A stretch of 40,535 bases of DNA from a virus (Duplodnaviria; Caudoviricetes). The DNA lies in the IMG/VR virus record IMGVR_UViG_3300044455_000042, positions 1-40,535 of that record; one strand, given 5' to 3'. A program made the translations under genes and the position numbers. Below are positions 7,126 to 16,550 of the stretch, one piece after another (the first letter of the stretch is position 1; each line of letters opens with the position of its first letter). The notes under the pieces were generated by a model. That model was not told the origin of the DNA, did no database searches, and saw only the letters and a program-made list of their open reading frames with translations.

Positions 7126-7775
7126 TAGGCGATCTCGGCCGCCCCGATCACTTCGCGGATCGGCAATGAGTTGATCTGCGCGATGTTGTTCTCGTTGATG
7201 ACGAGATCCAGCCGGTTCGTGTTGAACCGCACCGGCACATCAAACTCACCGGTCACGGTAATCCAGTGACCGGTGGTTGGCGGCGAGACGAATGTAATCA
7301 GTCCCGTCGCACTGATCGTGTAGTGCGTCGTGATGGTCTGCGTTACGCCGTTGACCTTCACCACCAGGCCGGTGACCGGCAGATAGATCTCGCGGACGTA
7401 GGTCAACGAACCGGGCGTGTTGAGAATGATCTCGCTCGGATCGTAAGTCTTGACGATCTGGAACGTGCTGTCAGATCCGTCCCCGGTCCCGATGCGCTCG
7501 TCGGTCAACTGATAGTCGGCCCAGTCCTTGAACGGAAACGGATACAGGTTTCCGACGTGGGCGCGGAACAGCGCCAGGACGGCCCGGAATGTTCCGTCTG
7601 CATCGGCGGTATCGAGAATGGTATAGGTGATGTCCCACTCGCCGCGGCACTTGGCCCACACGCGGACCCGTTGTTCGGTGCCCGAGATCGACTCCTGAAT
7701 GACGTTCTGGTAGGTCGGGCCGCCGGTCATTCCGACCTCGACATCCGGCGGCAAGCGATAGGCCGGGAAAGTCAT
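7125..7775 (-). CDS. Distal tail protein, DUF2460 family
   Basis: GGPTY...SGTEQR..W, FPFKDWAD, GTGDG, TGEFDVPVRF motifs; follows the tape measure gene. Confidence 0.9.
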   Translation of the reverse strand: MTFPAYRLPPDVEVGMTGGPTYQNVIQESISGTEQRVRVWAKCRGEWDITYTILDTADADGTFRAVLALFRAHVGNLYPFPFKDWADYQLTDERIGTGDGSDSTFQIVKTYDPSEIILNTPGSLTYVREIYLPVTGLVVKVNGVTQTITTHYTISATGLITFVSPPTTGHWITVTGEFDVPVRFNTNRLDLVINENNIAQINSLPIREVIGAAEIA

Positions 7776-10700
7776 CGTGCTGCCAGACTGCGGCGCATGA
7801 CCTGCGCGGCTTGATACCCGGTCTGCTTCAACGCCGCAGCCGTGGCCGAGTCGGCATTGCCCATCACGTTGATGGTGACGTTGACCGGCCGCATGTTGCT
7901 GTTGGCGGGCGTCTTGATCTCGACCGGAATGCGCCCGCTCGGCACCGGAACGTAGGCCTCGGGCGTACTGCCCTCGCCGAACACCGCAACCTGTGGCGAG
8001 GTTGCCATGCCACCGGATTGATAATGACGCAGTGGCAACTCTCCATATTGCGTCATGATGCCCCCGCCCGCGAACGTCCGGAAACCGAGCTTCGATGTGC
8101 GTGGATCGGACGAGTAGAACGGAGAGAACACGTCCGTGATGGCTCGCGTGTTCGCGTCAACACTGCCCTGCAGGCTGTTCAAGCTGTCGACGAGCTGCTG
8201 GATCAGTTGCTCGCGTTCGAGCGAGACCGGCTGCTGCCTGATGACATCCAGTTCTTGCTGAAGAATGCTGGCGCGTTGTTCCTCGGGCAACAGCTGGTTC
8301 AACGACGTGAGATATTTCTGCGCAATCTCGCCCATCACCGGGCCGAGCGAACCTGCTAGAATACCCTGGATGGTCGCGGCGGCGCCCTGCGTGGCCAAGC
8401 CCTGGGTGACGGTCAATTCTGCTGCGGTTTGTGCATTGGTTGCACCGGTGGCGGCCCGTTCGGCGGCGGCCTGCTCTCGCAGTTGCACCTGTCGTTCTGT
8501 AACCTTTTTCATGTCCAGTTTAAGCTGGCCGTTTTCAAACTTCCAGTTTCCAGAACCATAGAGTTGATCGAACACCTCCGGATTTTTCCGCGATGCGTAA
8601 AGTTGAAGCTGAGGAACCTCCAGTGAATAGCCCTCCGGATTGAACTGGCTCATCTGGCCAGAGGAATTGGTCCAGACGTTCTTGCCTTCTTGCAAATTGT
8701 CAAAAACATCATTCACTGTCTTGCCGATTGAGTCCCACTGGGCACGCCAGACAAGCAGGATCCCCGTGAATTGTCTTGCCGACAAAGCCATTTGATCTAT
8801 TCCGCGCTGCACAGCGGCGGCCGCAGCCGCCTGTCTTTCCATTTCGGCGGCGGCCTCCCGTTGGTTCCTCGTATTCGCCTTGCCGGCTTCATCGTTGGCA
8901 ACAGCCCAGCTGATGACGCCCTGCGCGTATGCATTCCATGCGTCCTGCCTTGACTTGATGTTGCGGATCGCAGCTTCCCCCGCCTCTCGCTCGGCCTTGT
9001 GCCTCGCCTCGTCGGCGTTTGCCAATTGCTTACTGGCAACCAACTGTGCCTTGGTGCTGTCGACGCCCTTGCCAACCAGGTCCTGATAGGTCTGGCGCGC
9101 CTTGATGCGGTCTCTTTCCGCATCCGAACTGGCGCGGATCAGCTCGCCCTCTTGCTGCAGGGTCCTCAGCATGCGGTCGGCTTCGGTATTGACTTGCGCA
9201 ATGGCAATAGCGCGCTGCATCTCGGCCTGCTCGATTGCTTTGGTCAGGCCGATCTGCTGTGTCAGGCTTGCAACCGTCGCCTCATACTGCGCGTTGATCT
9301 GACCAATGCCGGTGACCTGGCTGGCAACGTCCAATTGCCCCTGCAGTTGCACCATAGTCTGTCTATGCTGGGCTTCGATCTGGGCGAGCGCCACTGCGCG
9401 CTCGGCACCGGCAATGCGCGACGCTTCAGCCGACCCTAATTTGTCTGTCAGTTCGACAATCCTCAACCGATGCTGAACTTCGATCTTGGCCATATCGCCG
9501 ACAGCCTGCGCCATCTGCAATTGTCCGCTCAAACTATTGAGCATCTTGGCAGCCTCGATGCTCATTCCGGGATAGGTCTGCGCCATCCTCAAAGTGGCAA
9601 CAGCCATTCGTTCGGTGGCTTCCTTCGCCTGATCGAGTTGCAGTTTGCTCAGATTGTATTGCGCAATAGAGCCAAATCCTACAGCGGCCATTTGAGCATT
9701 GGTGGCAATGCCTTTGAGCGCATCATCCATCGCTCTGGCCTGAAGTGCAGCACGCTCCAACTGCATGCCTGACTGGTTCAGCTTGATCATATCCTCGACG
9801 ACCTGGGCCAGTTCTGGGTGCGCCATGCCGATCTTTGCAAGCTCGGCATTATATTCCTTCAGGCCCGGCAGGCCGGCAGCCTGCGACGCCTTCAGCGCAT
9901 CGAAGGCCGCGACCATCTTGTCCATGCCGGGATCTTTCAACGCTGCGAACGCCGTGGGCGCAACGCCCATCTCGCCGGGTGTTTCTGTCGGCGTGCCCGC
10001 GCGACGCTGGGCGAGGTTTAGAGCATCCTCCGATGCCTTATTCAATTTGACCTGTAGATCGAGCTGGTTCCTCATCATTTCAAATTGCGTCTGTTCCTTC
10101 GACTGCAATTGCGACCTGGCCTCGGCGGATGTCCTCGCGTCGATCAGCACCTTGCCTTCTTTGAGCAGGCGGTTTTGTTCCTCTAGAGCCTGCTCGACCG
10201 TGGTCGACGCCCTGACAAACTGCGACGCCGCATAAACCGCCGCAACGCCGATCGCGGCAATGCCCGTCACGATGCCTGTGGTCGAGGTGAAGAAGTTCTT
10301 GGCCCAACCAATGGCCTGGGAGAAGAAACTGCCCACGCTCTTGCCCGATGAAATGAACACATCGGCGATCTGCGTGCCCTGCTGTGCCAGAACCATCAGC
10401 GGCGATTGACCAGACACCAGCGACACGCCCACGTCCTGCGCCTGCCGGCCGAGGTTGATCAGCTCGTGCCGCGCGAGGCCTACCCCGGTGACGGCGGCAC
10501 CCGATGCCGCACCCAGCGCAGACATGCCGGCGACCATGCGGGTACTCGCTACGGCACCAGCATCGCCAGCCGCAGACATGCCGGTGATCATCTGTTTTGT
10601 GGATGTGTTGACCTGATCGTATCGCTCTTTCACGGCGGCCAGAACCGTGTTTGCCCGTTCCTGAAGTTGCGGGTTCTGCGCTACCGCGCGATTGATCTCC

Positions 10701-10924
10701 TTCTGAATTTTCTCATAGTCCTGCGCCGCCCGAACACCCTCGACGAAGCGGCGCTCCAGCTTTGCCATGGATTGCTCGAGCGTGAGCGAACTCTTGGCCG
10801 CCTGTTCCGAGACGATCGCGACGTTCTGCTCGGCCGCCGCAACCTTCTTGATATCGGCCTCGAGCTTGTCCAGCCCCTCGGACGTGCCGCGGATGGTGAT
10901 GGTGCGGATAACGTTGCCGTTCAT
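7772..10924 (-). CDS. Tail tape measure protein
   Basis: 1050 aa, Ala/Gln-rich helical; NLGRQAQDVGVSLVSGQSPLMVLAQQGTQI motif; C-terminal FAGGG...FGEG..PEAYVP motif. Confidence 0.95.
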   Translation of the reverse strand: MNGNVIRTITIRGTSEGLDKLEADIKKVAAAEQNVAIVSEQAAKSSLTLEQSMAKLERRFVEGVRAAQDYEKIQKEINRAVAQNPQLQERANTVLAAVKERYDQVNTSTKQMITGMSAAGDAGAVASTRMVAGMSALGAASGAAVTGVGLARHELINLGRQAQDVGVSLVSGQSPLMVLAQQGTQIADVFISSGKSVGSFFSQAIGWAKNFFTSTTGIVTGIAAIGVAAVYAASQFVRASTTVEQALEEQNRLLKEGKVLIDARTSAEARSQLQSKEQTQFEMMRNQLDLQVKLNKASEDALNLAQRRAGTPTETPGEMGVAPTAFAALKDPGMDKMVAAFDALKASQAAGLPGLKEYNAELAKIGMAHPELAQVVEDMIKLNQSGMQLERAALQARAMDDALKGIATNAQMAAVGFGSIAQYNLSKLQLDQAKEATERMAVATLRMAQTYPGMSIEAAKMLNSLSGQLQMAQAVGDMAKIEVQHRLRIVELTDKLGSAEASRIAGAERAVALAQIEAQHRQTMVQLQGQLDVASQVTGIGQINAQYEATVASLTQQIGLTKAIEQAEMQRAIAIAQVNTEADRMLRTLQQEGELIRASSDAERDRIKARQTYQDLVGKGVDSTKAQLVASKQLANADEARHKAEREAGEAAIRNIKSRQDAWNAYAQGVISWAVANDEAGKANTRNQREAAAEMERQAAAAAAVQRGIDQMALSARQFTGILLVWRAQWDSIGKTVNDVFDNLQEGKNVWTNSSGQMSQFNPEGYSLEVPQLQLYASRKNPEVFDQLYGSGNWKFENGQLKLDMKKVTERQVQLREQAAAERAATGATNAQTAAELTVTQGLATQGAAATIQGILAGSLGPVMGEIAQKYLTSLNQLLPEEQRASILQQELDVIRQQPVSLEREQLIQQLVDSLNSLQGSVDANTRAITDVFSPFYSSDPRTSKLGFRTFAGGGIMTQYGELPLRHYQSGGMATSPQVAVFGEGSTPEAYVPVPSGRIPVEIKTPANSNMRPVNVTINVMGNADSATAAALKQTGYQAAQVMRRSLAAR

Positions 10925-11343
10925 TTCGTCCTCCGCTTGCCGAGCCCACGCATGACGCGCCTGACGCCTTCGGCATCCGTCGCCTTGGCCGCGTCAGCCA
11001 ACGGCGGCCCGTCGGCTTTGCGAGCATTCAGCATCCCGAGATAGGCGTCGTCAGCTTTGCGGATGATCGCACGCGCGCGATCATATTCGGCGTCGGTCAG
11101 TTCCATTTCATCGCGCAGGTATTCCCGCAACTTCGATCCGGGGATCGGCCCGACCGTCATGCCGAGTTGCCGCTCCGTTCCGAGTTCCCAGAATGCATTC
11201 CACAGCCAGACCAGATGCGGTTCGAGTTCGGGCTGATCGTGGAATGCGGCTGGCGCATCCCGTCCGCGCTCCGCCATGAACTGCCAGTGCTTGACCTGAC
11301 CGCCCCACTGGTGTTGCCACCGCAGGGCGGCGATCAATTTTTT
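10921..11343 (-). CDS. Tail assembly chaperone C-terminal extension (gpT-like, -1 frameshift)
   Basis: Open -1 frame across the chaperone stop; WLWNAFWELGTERQLGMTVGPIP motif. Confidence 0.8.
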   Translation of the reverse strand, partial: KKLIAALRWQHQWGGQVKHWQFMAERGRDAPAAFHDQPELEPHLVWLWNAFWELGTERQLGMTVGPIPGSKLREYLRDEMELTDAEYDRARAIIRKADDAYLGMLNARKADGPPLADAAKATDAEGVRRVMRGLGKRRTK

Positions 11344-11744
11344 GCGTCTTGCTCGATCTCTTCCTGGCCCTGCTCGGCGACGACGTTCGCCGCCCATACA
11401 CAGGCCCAGACGAATGCCTCATATTCCGGATCGGTCAAATACTTGTGCGCCGCTTCCTTCGAATACGGCAGCGGCTCGCCCGTGCCATTCTCGATGCCGC
11501 GCCAGTCGAGCAGCGAACAATCGCGAATGAGAACGCTATTGATGCGCAGCCGGTCTTCCGGCTCGAGTCCATTGACCCGGCGCTGGCGCGGCACCGCGGC
11601 GATGAGCTTCTGCTCCATGCGCGCCCAGTCCTTGTTGCCGCTGCCGCGCACCTTCAGTTCCAGATCCATGAACTCGGGGATGTCCTTCACCCAGGCGCCG
11701 TCCTCGCGCTTCTTCAGATCGATCTTGCGGTCGCTTAATTTCAT
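11334..11744 (-). CDS. Tail assembly chaperone (gpG-like)
   Basis: Between tail tube and tape measure genes; LLDWRG...PLPYSKE motif; ends AKN on a slippery run. Confidence 0.85.
   Translation of the reverse strand: MKLSDRKIDLKKREDGAWVKDIPEFMDLELKVRGSGNKDWARMEQKLIAAVPRQRRVNGLEPEDRLRINSVLIRDCSLLDWRGIENGTGEPLPYSKEAAHKYLTDPEYEAFVWACVWAANVVAEQGQEEIEQDAKN
11337..11343 (-). other. -1 programmed ribosomal frameshift heptamer A AAA AAT
   Basis: Frame 0 reads GCA AAA AAT TGA; the -1 frame reads AAA AAA TTG ATC and stays open to 10921. Confidence 0.8.
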
Positions 11745-11762
11745 GACACCTCTCTGTTGTCG

Positions 11763-11792
11763 AAAAGAAAAAGGGCGGCATCGCTGCCGCCC
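11763..11792 (-). terminator. Rho-independent terminator after the tail tube gene
   Basis: GGGCGGCA-GCGA-TGCCGCCC then TTTTTCTTTT on minus. Confidence 0.8.
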
Positions 11793-11817
11793 GCCTCGTG
11801 TGCTTCGCCCCGACAGA

Positions 11818-12300
11818 TCAGACTGTCGTGGCAGGCTCTTCCGTCAGCGCACTGTTGACCCCGATGTTGAAGGCTCTCCGCCTGATGTTGTCATTGGTGC
11901 CGAGCCGCAACTCGTTCGACATCACGAGTCCGCGAAAATAAATGATTGCAGCCGACCCCACGACCGGCGGCGGAAACTCGATCTTGAAAGCATAGTTGCT
12001 ATAGCTCGCCTCGGCCGCGATCACGGCTACTTGCCCGACGTCGAGCGGCACCGTGTCGAAGCAGATCACGTTCATCGTGCCGGCGTTGCGCGCGCCCTTG
12101 GCCTTGCGAATGCGGCTGTCACCGATCGCCGCTCCGGTGACCTCGGTCGAGACGTCGCCCACGTTGCCGAGATCCTCGACCTCGGAGATCTCTATCCAGG
12201 TCAGTGCCTCATATTCAGCAAGTGTGTCCACCGTCGACGCGGCGGCCGTGTTGCTGATGTAGAATTTCGTACCAGAGGTGGTTTCGATGTCGCCAGCCAT
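11818..12300 (-). CDS. Major tail tube protein
   Basis: W.EI.EVEDLG.VGD...RIRKAKGARNAG motif; SD AAGGAG; position in the tail module. Confidence 0.9.
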   Translation of the reverse strand: MAGDIETTSGTKFYISNTAAASTVDTLAEYEALTWIEISEVEDLGNVGDVSTEVTGAAIGDSRIRKAKGARNAGTMNVICFDTVPLDVGQVAVIAAEASYSNYAFKIEFPPPVVGSAAIIYFRGLVMSNELRLGTNDNIRRRAFNIGVNSALTEEPATTV

Positions 12301-12363
12301 GGCGCATCTCCTTTGAGAATGGGCGCCTCGCGACGCGCCGGAAGCTGCCGCCCCTGCAGCGGG

Positions 12364-12394
12364 AAAAGAAAAACCCGCCAGGGGCGCTGGCGGG
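12364..12394 (-). terminator. Terminator-like hairpin upstream of the tail tube gene
   Basis: CCCGCCAG-CGCCC-CTGGCGGG then TTTTTCTTTT on minus. Confidence 0.7.
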
Positions 12395-12425
12395 CGTTCG
12401 AACTGGGTTAGGGGTTAAGTTTCAG

Positions 12426-12827
12426 TCAGTCGTAGAACTGGTAGCGATACGGGACTATCACCGAGAGCGAGAACCAGTTGCCGTCGTTGGTGGTATCGTT
12501 GACGATCGGCGGCGATGGGGTGAACGTCTCGATGCCGTGGAACTTGCGGTCACGGAACATGCTGGCGATATCGTCCGCCAGTGCCAGCGCGGTTTCCATC
12601 TCGGCGGTGCGGCGAACATTGAGCACAAACCTTGCTGCACCCTCCTCGAAGTAGTGCCGCTCCAACACCGGCTTGCTGCCATTAACCACCGGATACTGCA
12701 GGACAACGAATGCATCGTGCGTGTTGGCAGGCTGACCCACAGTGATCGCCGGAATGATCGGCGGATCGTTTAACGTCTCTTCGTAGTACCGCGCCTGGAA
12801 CGCAGCCTCGACCGCAGCGGATGGCAT
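12426..12827 (-). CDS. Tail terminator protein (DUF4128-like)
   Basis: 133 aa just before the tail tube gene; EEG...LADDIASMFR...NWFSLSVIVPY pattern. Confidence 0.75.
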   Translation of the reverse strand: MPSAAVEAAFQARYYEETLNDPPIIPAITVGQPANTHDAFVVLQYPVVNGSKPVLERHYFEEGAARFVLNVRRTAEMETALALADDIASMFRDRKFHGIETFTPSPPIVNDTTNDGNWFSLSVIVPYRYQFYD

Positions 12828-13426
12828 TAGCGCAGCCTCACGATGATTGCCGGATTGCGTTCACCGCCGGCGACGGTCTGGTACGCGAACGAAACCTTGG
12901 CGACATTGCTGAACTTCCGCGCGAGCGTTGCCACGGCCTGGTAGACACCATCAGGCGCCTGCGGCGATGATGGCGGCCGCCCCGTTTTCTTGTCGCCCTC
13001 GAGCTTGCGCGCATATGGCGTCGTGTTGACGAAAACATATTCCTGTGCAGGCGCCGGTGCGTTCACGCTCGTCTCTGTCCCATCAGCAAACAGGACATGC
13101 GAACTGGCGTAGTGTCCGGTCAGGCGTGGCGAGTGTGTTTCCAGTTGCTGGTAGATCCAGGCCAGTGCCTCGTTGACCAACTCGAACTCGGCGCGGATGA
13201 CGCCGTCCGGCTTGACGCTGGTGAGTGCCGCGCCCTCGCGCCCGTCGACATAGACCTCGTATGGCGGAACGACGCCGAGAACCCGCTTGTTTTGTGTCTT
13301 GGCTTCCTCGATCGTTTCGGCCGCGAATGACGCCAGCATGGCCGAGCGCGCCTTCGGCCCGAGATCCTCCGACAGAAATAGCTCGAGGTCACGACTGATC
13401 GGCTGCACGCGCGTTTTCAGCGCCAT
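12827..13426 (-). CDS. Tail completion/neck protein (HK97 gp10-like)
   Basis: SPRLTGHYASSH, FVNTTPYARKLE and SPQAPDGVY motifs. Confidence 0.75.
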   Translation of the reverse strand: MALKTRVQPISRDLELFLSEDLGPKARSAMLASFAAETIEEAKTQNKRVLGVVPPYEVYVDGREGAALTSVKPDGVIRAEFELVNEALAWIYQQLETHSPRLTGHYASSHVLFADGTETSVNAPAPAQEYVFVNTTPYARKLEGDKKTGRPPSSPQAPDGVYQAVATLARKFSNVAKVSFAYQTVAGGERNPAIIVRLR

Positions 13427-13770
13427 CAGGCGCGCACCGTAAGTTCATAGCCGACCAGCACCGCTTCAACGCGGCGGGCCTTCACCTCGTAGACGGTGTA
13501 CTCGATGCCATCCTGGTTGATCAGGTAGTCGCCTATCTCGACATCCGACGGCAGTCCGTTGTCGAACAGCGCCTGCGAATAGATGATCGCGTTGACATCC
13601 TGCTGCGCGATGCCGCCGGTCAGTTCCTTGCGCTCGCCTTTCCACATGCGCCCGACCGTGGCATAGGTCGCATCGAGCCGGCCCGTGCCGGTGCCGGTGA
13701 TGCGGCGGATCGTGACGGGCTCGTGCAGGTTGTCCCGGTAGAGTTGCCTCGCCTCGGTCGCCAGCGTCAT
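13426..13770 (-). CDS. Head closure/head-tail joining protein
   Basis: 114 aa; VTIRR...ELTGGIAQQD...IGD pattern; follows the adaptor gene. Confidence 0.7.
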   Translation of the reverse strand: MTLATEARQLYRDNLHEPVTIRRITGTGTGRLDATYATVGRMWKGERKELTGGIAQQDVNAIIYSQALFDNGLPSDVEIGDYLINQDGIEYTVYEVKARRVEAVLVGYELTVRA

Positions 13771-14456
13771 GCCAGCACCGGCCTGCGATAGCCGTCACGC
13801 ACCAGCGCTGACTTGATGTCTTCCGGCACGATGGTGTCGGTCTTGGTCTGGTCAACCCAACGATCAAGCGTAATCACACCGGGGATCTCGACGTGCTTCG
13901 TGTTTGGATCAACCGAGCTGCTGGCGCTCAAATGATAGATGCCGACGAGTTGCGATGCGTACATTTTTAGATCGTCCGGAATGGTGTCGTAGCCGGCGGC
14001 ATATTCGACGATCACCCGGCCGCACGGCCAGTAGAGTGTCTCGTTGCCCGATATGCGTGTGAGCGACCCCATGGGAATGTCGAGATCCCAGTCATCGGTC
14101 GTCAGCTCCGTCGTGTCCTCGGTGACCGAGATGATCTCAAGCACCGGCCATCGCGCGAGATATAGCGACCCATATTGATAGCGCGGCCTGACGCGCATCG
14201 TTTCCACGAGCGTCTCGGCGTGCAGTGTGCGAGGCGCGGCGCCGCGCAGTGGCGTTGCAGTGGAATACAGCGATGCGTCATAGCCGGCGGTAGCCACACC
14301 GCAGGCTGCGGCCAGAGCCGCCGCCGCGCGCAGCCCCTGGATCGCCAGCGCCTCGTCCTGGCTGTCGTCGTCCGGCTCGAGCCCGGCCGCAACGCGCAGT
14401 TCCTCTTCCGTCAATAACTGAAGATCTGCGGCGGGCTCGGTGACGATCAGCATCAT
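13767..14456 (-). CDS. Head-tail adaptor (HK97 gp6-like)
   Basis: Start ATG 14456; LIVTEPA..LLT.EE, LYLARWPV..I.SV, VEYAAGYDTIPDDLK motifs. Confidence 0.8.
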   Translation of the reverse strand: MMLIVTEPAADLQLLTEEELRVAAGLEPDDDSQDEALAIQGLRAAAALAAACGVATAGYDASLYSTATPLRGAAPRTLHAETLVETMRVRPRYQYGSLYLARWPVLEIISVTEDTTELTTDDWDLDIPMGSLTRISGNETLYWPCGRVIVEYAAGYDTIPDDLKMYASQLVGIYHLSASSSVDPNTKHVEIPGVITLDRWVDQTKTDTIVPEDIKSALVRDGYRRPVLA

Positions 14457-15301
14457 TCGATCTCGCTCAACTCGGACAGGCCGGCGGTCGTCGGCAGCGC
14501 GTCGTAGAGGGTGATGGATTGGAGAGCGCATCCGCTGGGGTTGGTTTGAAAGGCAACAGCCGCGGTAAATGGATTGCTGGGGGGCCTGTCCGTCTCAGTC
14601 AAGACAACAGATGTCGGCGCACTCCCGTTGCACGCCAAATCAAGGCGAGCACTGGTAAGGGTCATGGCCAGCCCGTTGATCCCCGGAGCAACATTCACAA
14701 TATCCTCAATGGTGGCGTCCAATAAAGTTCCCGTGCCATAGGTGCTCGCGTTGACGTCCCCCTCCACTTCGGTAACGCCATCACCAGCCACTGTCAGGCC
14801 ATCGTTTCCGTCTGTCGATCCAACAAAAACCGAAACCCCTGCTGTATCTACCTGCTTCCACACAAAAACAGAAGTTACGTTGGAAACCATCAAGGCTCGC
14901 GCCGAGCCGATCATGGCCGGGGGGTCATCGGAAGGGACGAGCCCGTCTGCCGTAAGGTCGGAAGAATTATATTCCGTTGTGCTCCATCCGTTCTCGGTGT
15001 TCGGATCACTCCCCAGCAGCGTGTCGACCGCGACCTCGCCGTCGGCCAAGGTCCACGCGCGCCCCTGCGGGTCGCCGCCCACGAGGTCGATGTGGATCAC
15101 GGCATCGGCGGGCACCCAGTCCGGCCGTTCCCCGCCGCCGCCGCACTCTTCCTCGTGAGACATGTTGGCGCGCGCTTCATCGTTTGTCTCCCACACTGTC
15201 AACTGACCAACGAACTTGCATTCCGCGGTATCGGCCGCCCGCGCAATGGCATAGGTCGGCCAAACATTTATCCGGCCGATGTTCTTGGCTGTGATCGTCA
15301 T
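14453..15301 (-). CDS. Hypothetical virion-associated protein
   Basis: ATG 15301 in a TGATG overlap; acidic, with a poly-Gly linker and beta-rich C-terminal part that is visibly less GC-rich. Confidence 0.7.
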   Translation of the reverse strand: MTITAKNIGRINVWPTYAIARAADTAECKFVGQLTVWETNDEARANMSHEEECGGGGERPDWVPADAVIHIDLVGGDPQGRAWTLADGEVAVDTLLGSDPNTENGWSTTEYNSSDLTADGLVPSDDPPAMIGSARALMVSNVTSVFVWKQVDTAGVSVFVGSTDGNDGLTVAGDGVTEVEGDVNASTYGTGTLLDATIEDIVNVAPGINGLAMTLTSARLDLACNGSAPTSVVLTETDRPPSNPFTAAVAFQTNPSGCALQSITLYDALPTTAGLSELSEIE

Positions 15302-15975
15302 CAAAGTTCTCGCTTGAACGCAAACGTCCCGATGTCCTCGCGGCCGAGATCCGTCTCGACCGTGCTTTCGGACACCAGTTCGAAACCGCACTGCTTCATC
15401 GCGTACACCAGTCCGTCGCGCGAAAAATACCAGATGTGCTCCAGCGGCCGGAAATGCTTCGACCGCAGCACGTGCTCGGCATCACGGAATATCGGCAGCG
15501 ACACGAACAACCACCTGCGCACATTGGCGAGCAGCGGCTGATAGTCCGGGATATGCTCGAGCACATCCCACAGCGTCATCGCATCGAACGGACACCGGTA
15601 TGGATCGACCAGCAGCTTGCGCTCGGTGAGCCATTCGATGGCGGCCTGGTTGACATCGTAGCCCCAGGTCGGTTGTGCGTCCGCGCGGCGCCGGTCGATG
15701 AATGCGCCCGAGCCAATGCCGATGTCGACCAGCGCGCCCCGATAGTGCCGCTCGACGAAGTCATGACGCGCCATCATCAGCGCCCGCCCGAGCGGCGTCT
15801 GCGCATCGCGTTCGAACCGGTCGAAATATTCCTGATCGTAAGGCTCGACGCCGGCCTCGACCGGATAGTGTCCGATGCCGAGTTCCGGCCACCAGGTCAG
15901 GCGACGCGCGGCAAACTGCGCAACCAGCGGGAACACTGCCTGGTCGGGCCGGTGCAGTTGTACAGCGTCATGCAT
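15301..15975 (-). CDS. Class I SAM-dependent methyltransferase
   Basis: LVDIGIGSGAF motif I, WGYDVN, FDAMTLWDVLEHIPD. Confidence 0.88.
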   Translation of the reverse strand: MHDAVQLHRPDQAVFPLVAQFAARRLTWWPELGIGHYPVEAGVEPYDQEYFDRFERDAQTPLGRALMMARHDFVERHYRGALVDIGIGSGAFIDRRRADAQPTWGYDVNQAAIEWLTERKLLVDPYRCPFDAMTLWDVLEHIPDYQPLLANVRRWLFVSLPIFRDAEHVLRSKHFRPLEHIWYFSRDGLVYAMKQCGFELVSESTVETDLGREDIGTFAFKREL

Positions 15976-16550
15976 CAGACGATCCGTTCGAACGCAAGCC
16001 AGGTATCCTCGACGCGCTGGATGGCGGCGCCCGCTGCATGCATTTCATCGAGCACGGCCTTCACGTCCACTGTGCCGAGGTCGTGGTAATCGTGGCAGAC
16101 AATGATCCCGCCTGGACGCACCAGCGCCCGCGCCAGCATCATGTCGTGCAGGACAGCTTCGCGGCCATGATCACCATCAATAAAGACAGCCTCGCATGGT
16201 GCGAGATCCGCGACGGTCAGATCGAGCGAGCCGCGCGGCTTGACGATCAGGTGAAAGCGCGGATCGGACAAAACCATTTCGCCAGGGTTCGGCACGGCAT
16301 TGTCGCGTTGCAGCGCCAGCAGCGGCACATAGTCGAGCGGGACATCGATCCCGGTGTAGCGTTCGATCCCCGGCACGTTGTCCATGATCGCCTTGGCGGT
16401 GCGGCCGACATTAACACCGAACTCGATCACATGGCGCGGCCACACGCTGCTCACGAGCGCGATCAGGGTTTCGAGATCACCCTCCGGCATGAACCGCGTC
16501 GGCAGCCCGGTCCAGTCGATCGGCTGCACGTCCAGCGACGACTGCGACAC
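15975..16550 (-). CDS. Class I SAM-dependent methyltransferase (Methyltransf_24-like)
   Basis: VIEFGVNVGRTA, YTGID, AVFIDGDH...VRPGGIIVCHDY; start uncertain (GTG 16550 or CTG 16559; frame open to 16679). Confidence 0.88.
   Translation of the reverse strand: MSQSSLDVQPIDWTGLPTRFMPEGDLETLIALVSSVWPRHVIEFGVNVGRTAKAIMDNVPGIERYTGIDVPLDYVPLLALQRDNAVPNPGEMVLSDPRFHLIVKPRGSLDLTVADLAPCEAVFIDGDHGREAVLHDMMLARALVRPGGIIVCHDYHDLGTVDVKAVLDEMHAAGAAIQRVEDTWLAFERIV

Noticed and set aside
11167-12411. 414-aa plus-strand ORF
   Set aside because: Antisense to well-supported tail genes, with Arg/Ser-rich shadow composition
15301-16550. Methyltransferases as DNA methyltransferases of a restriction system
   Set aside because: No DPPY/NPPY or PCQ catalytic motifs; context is glycosyltransferases and structural genes
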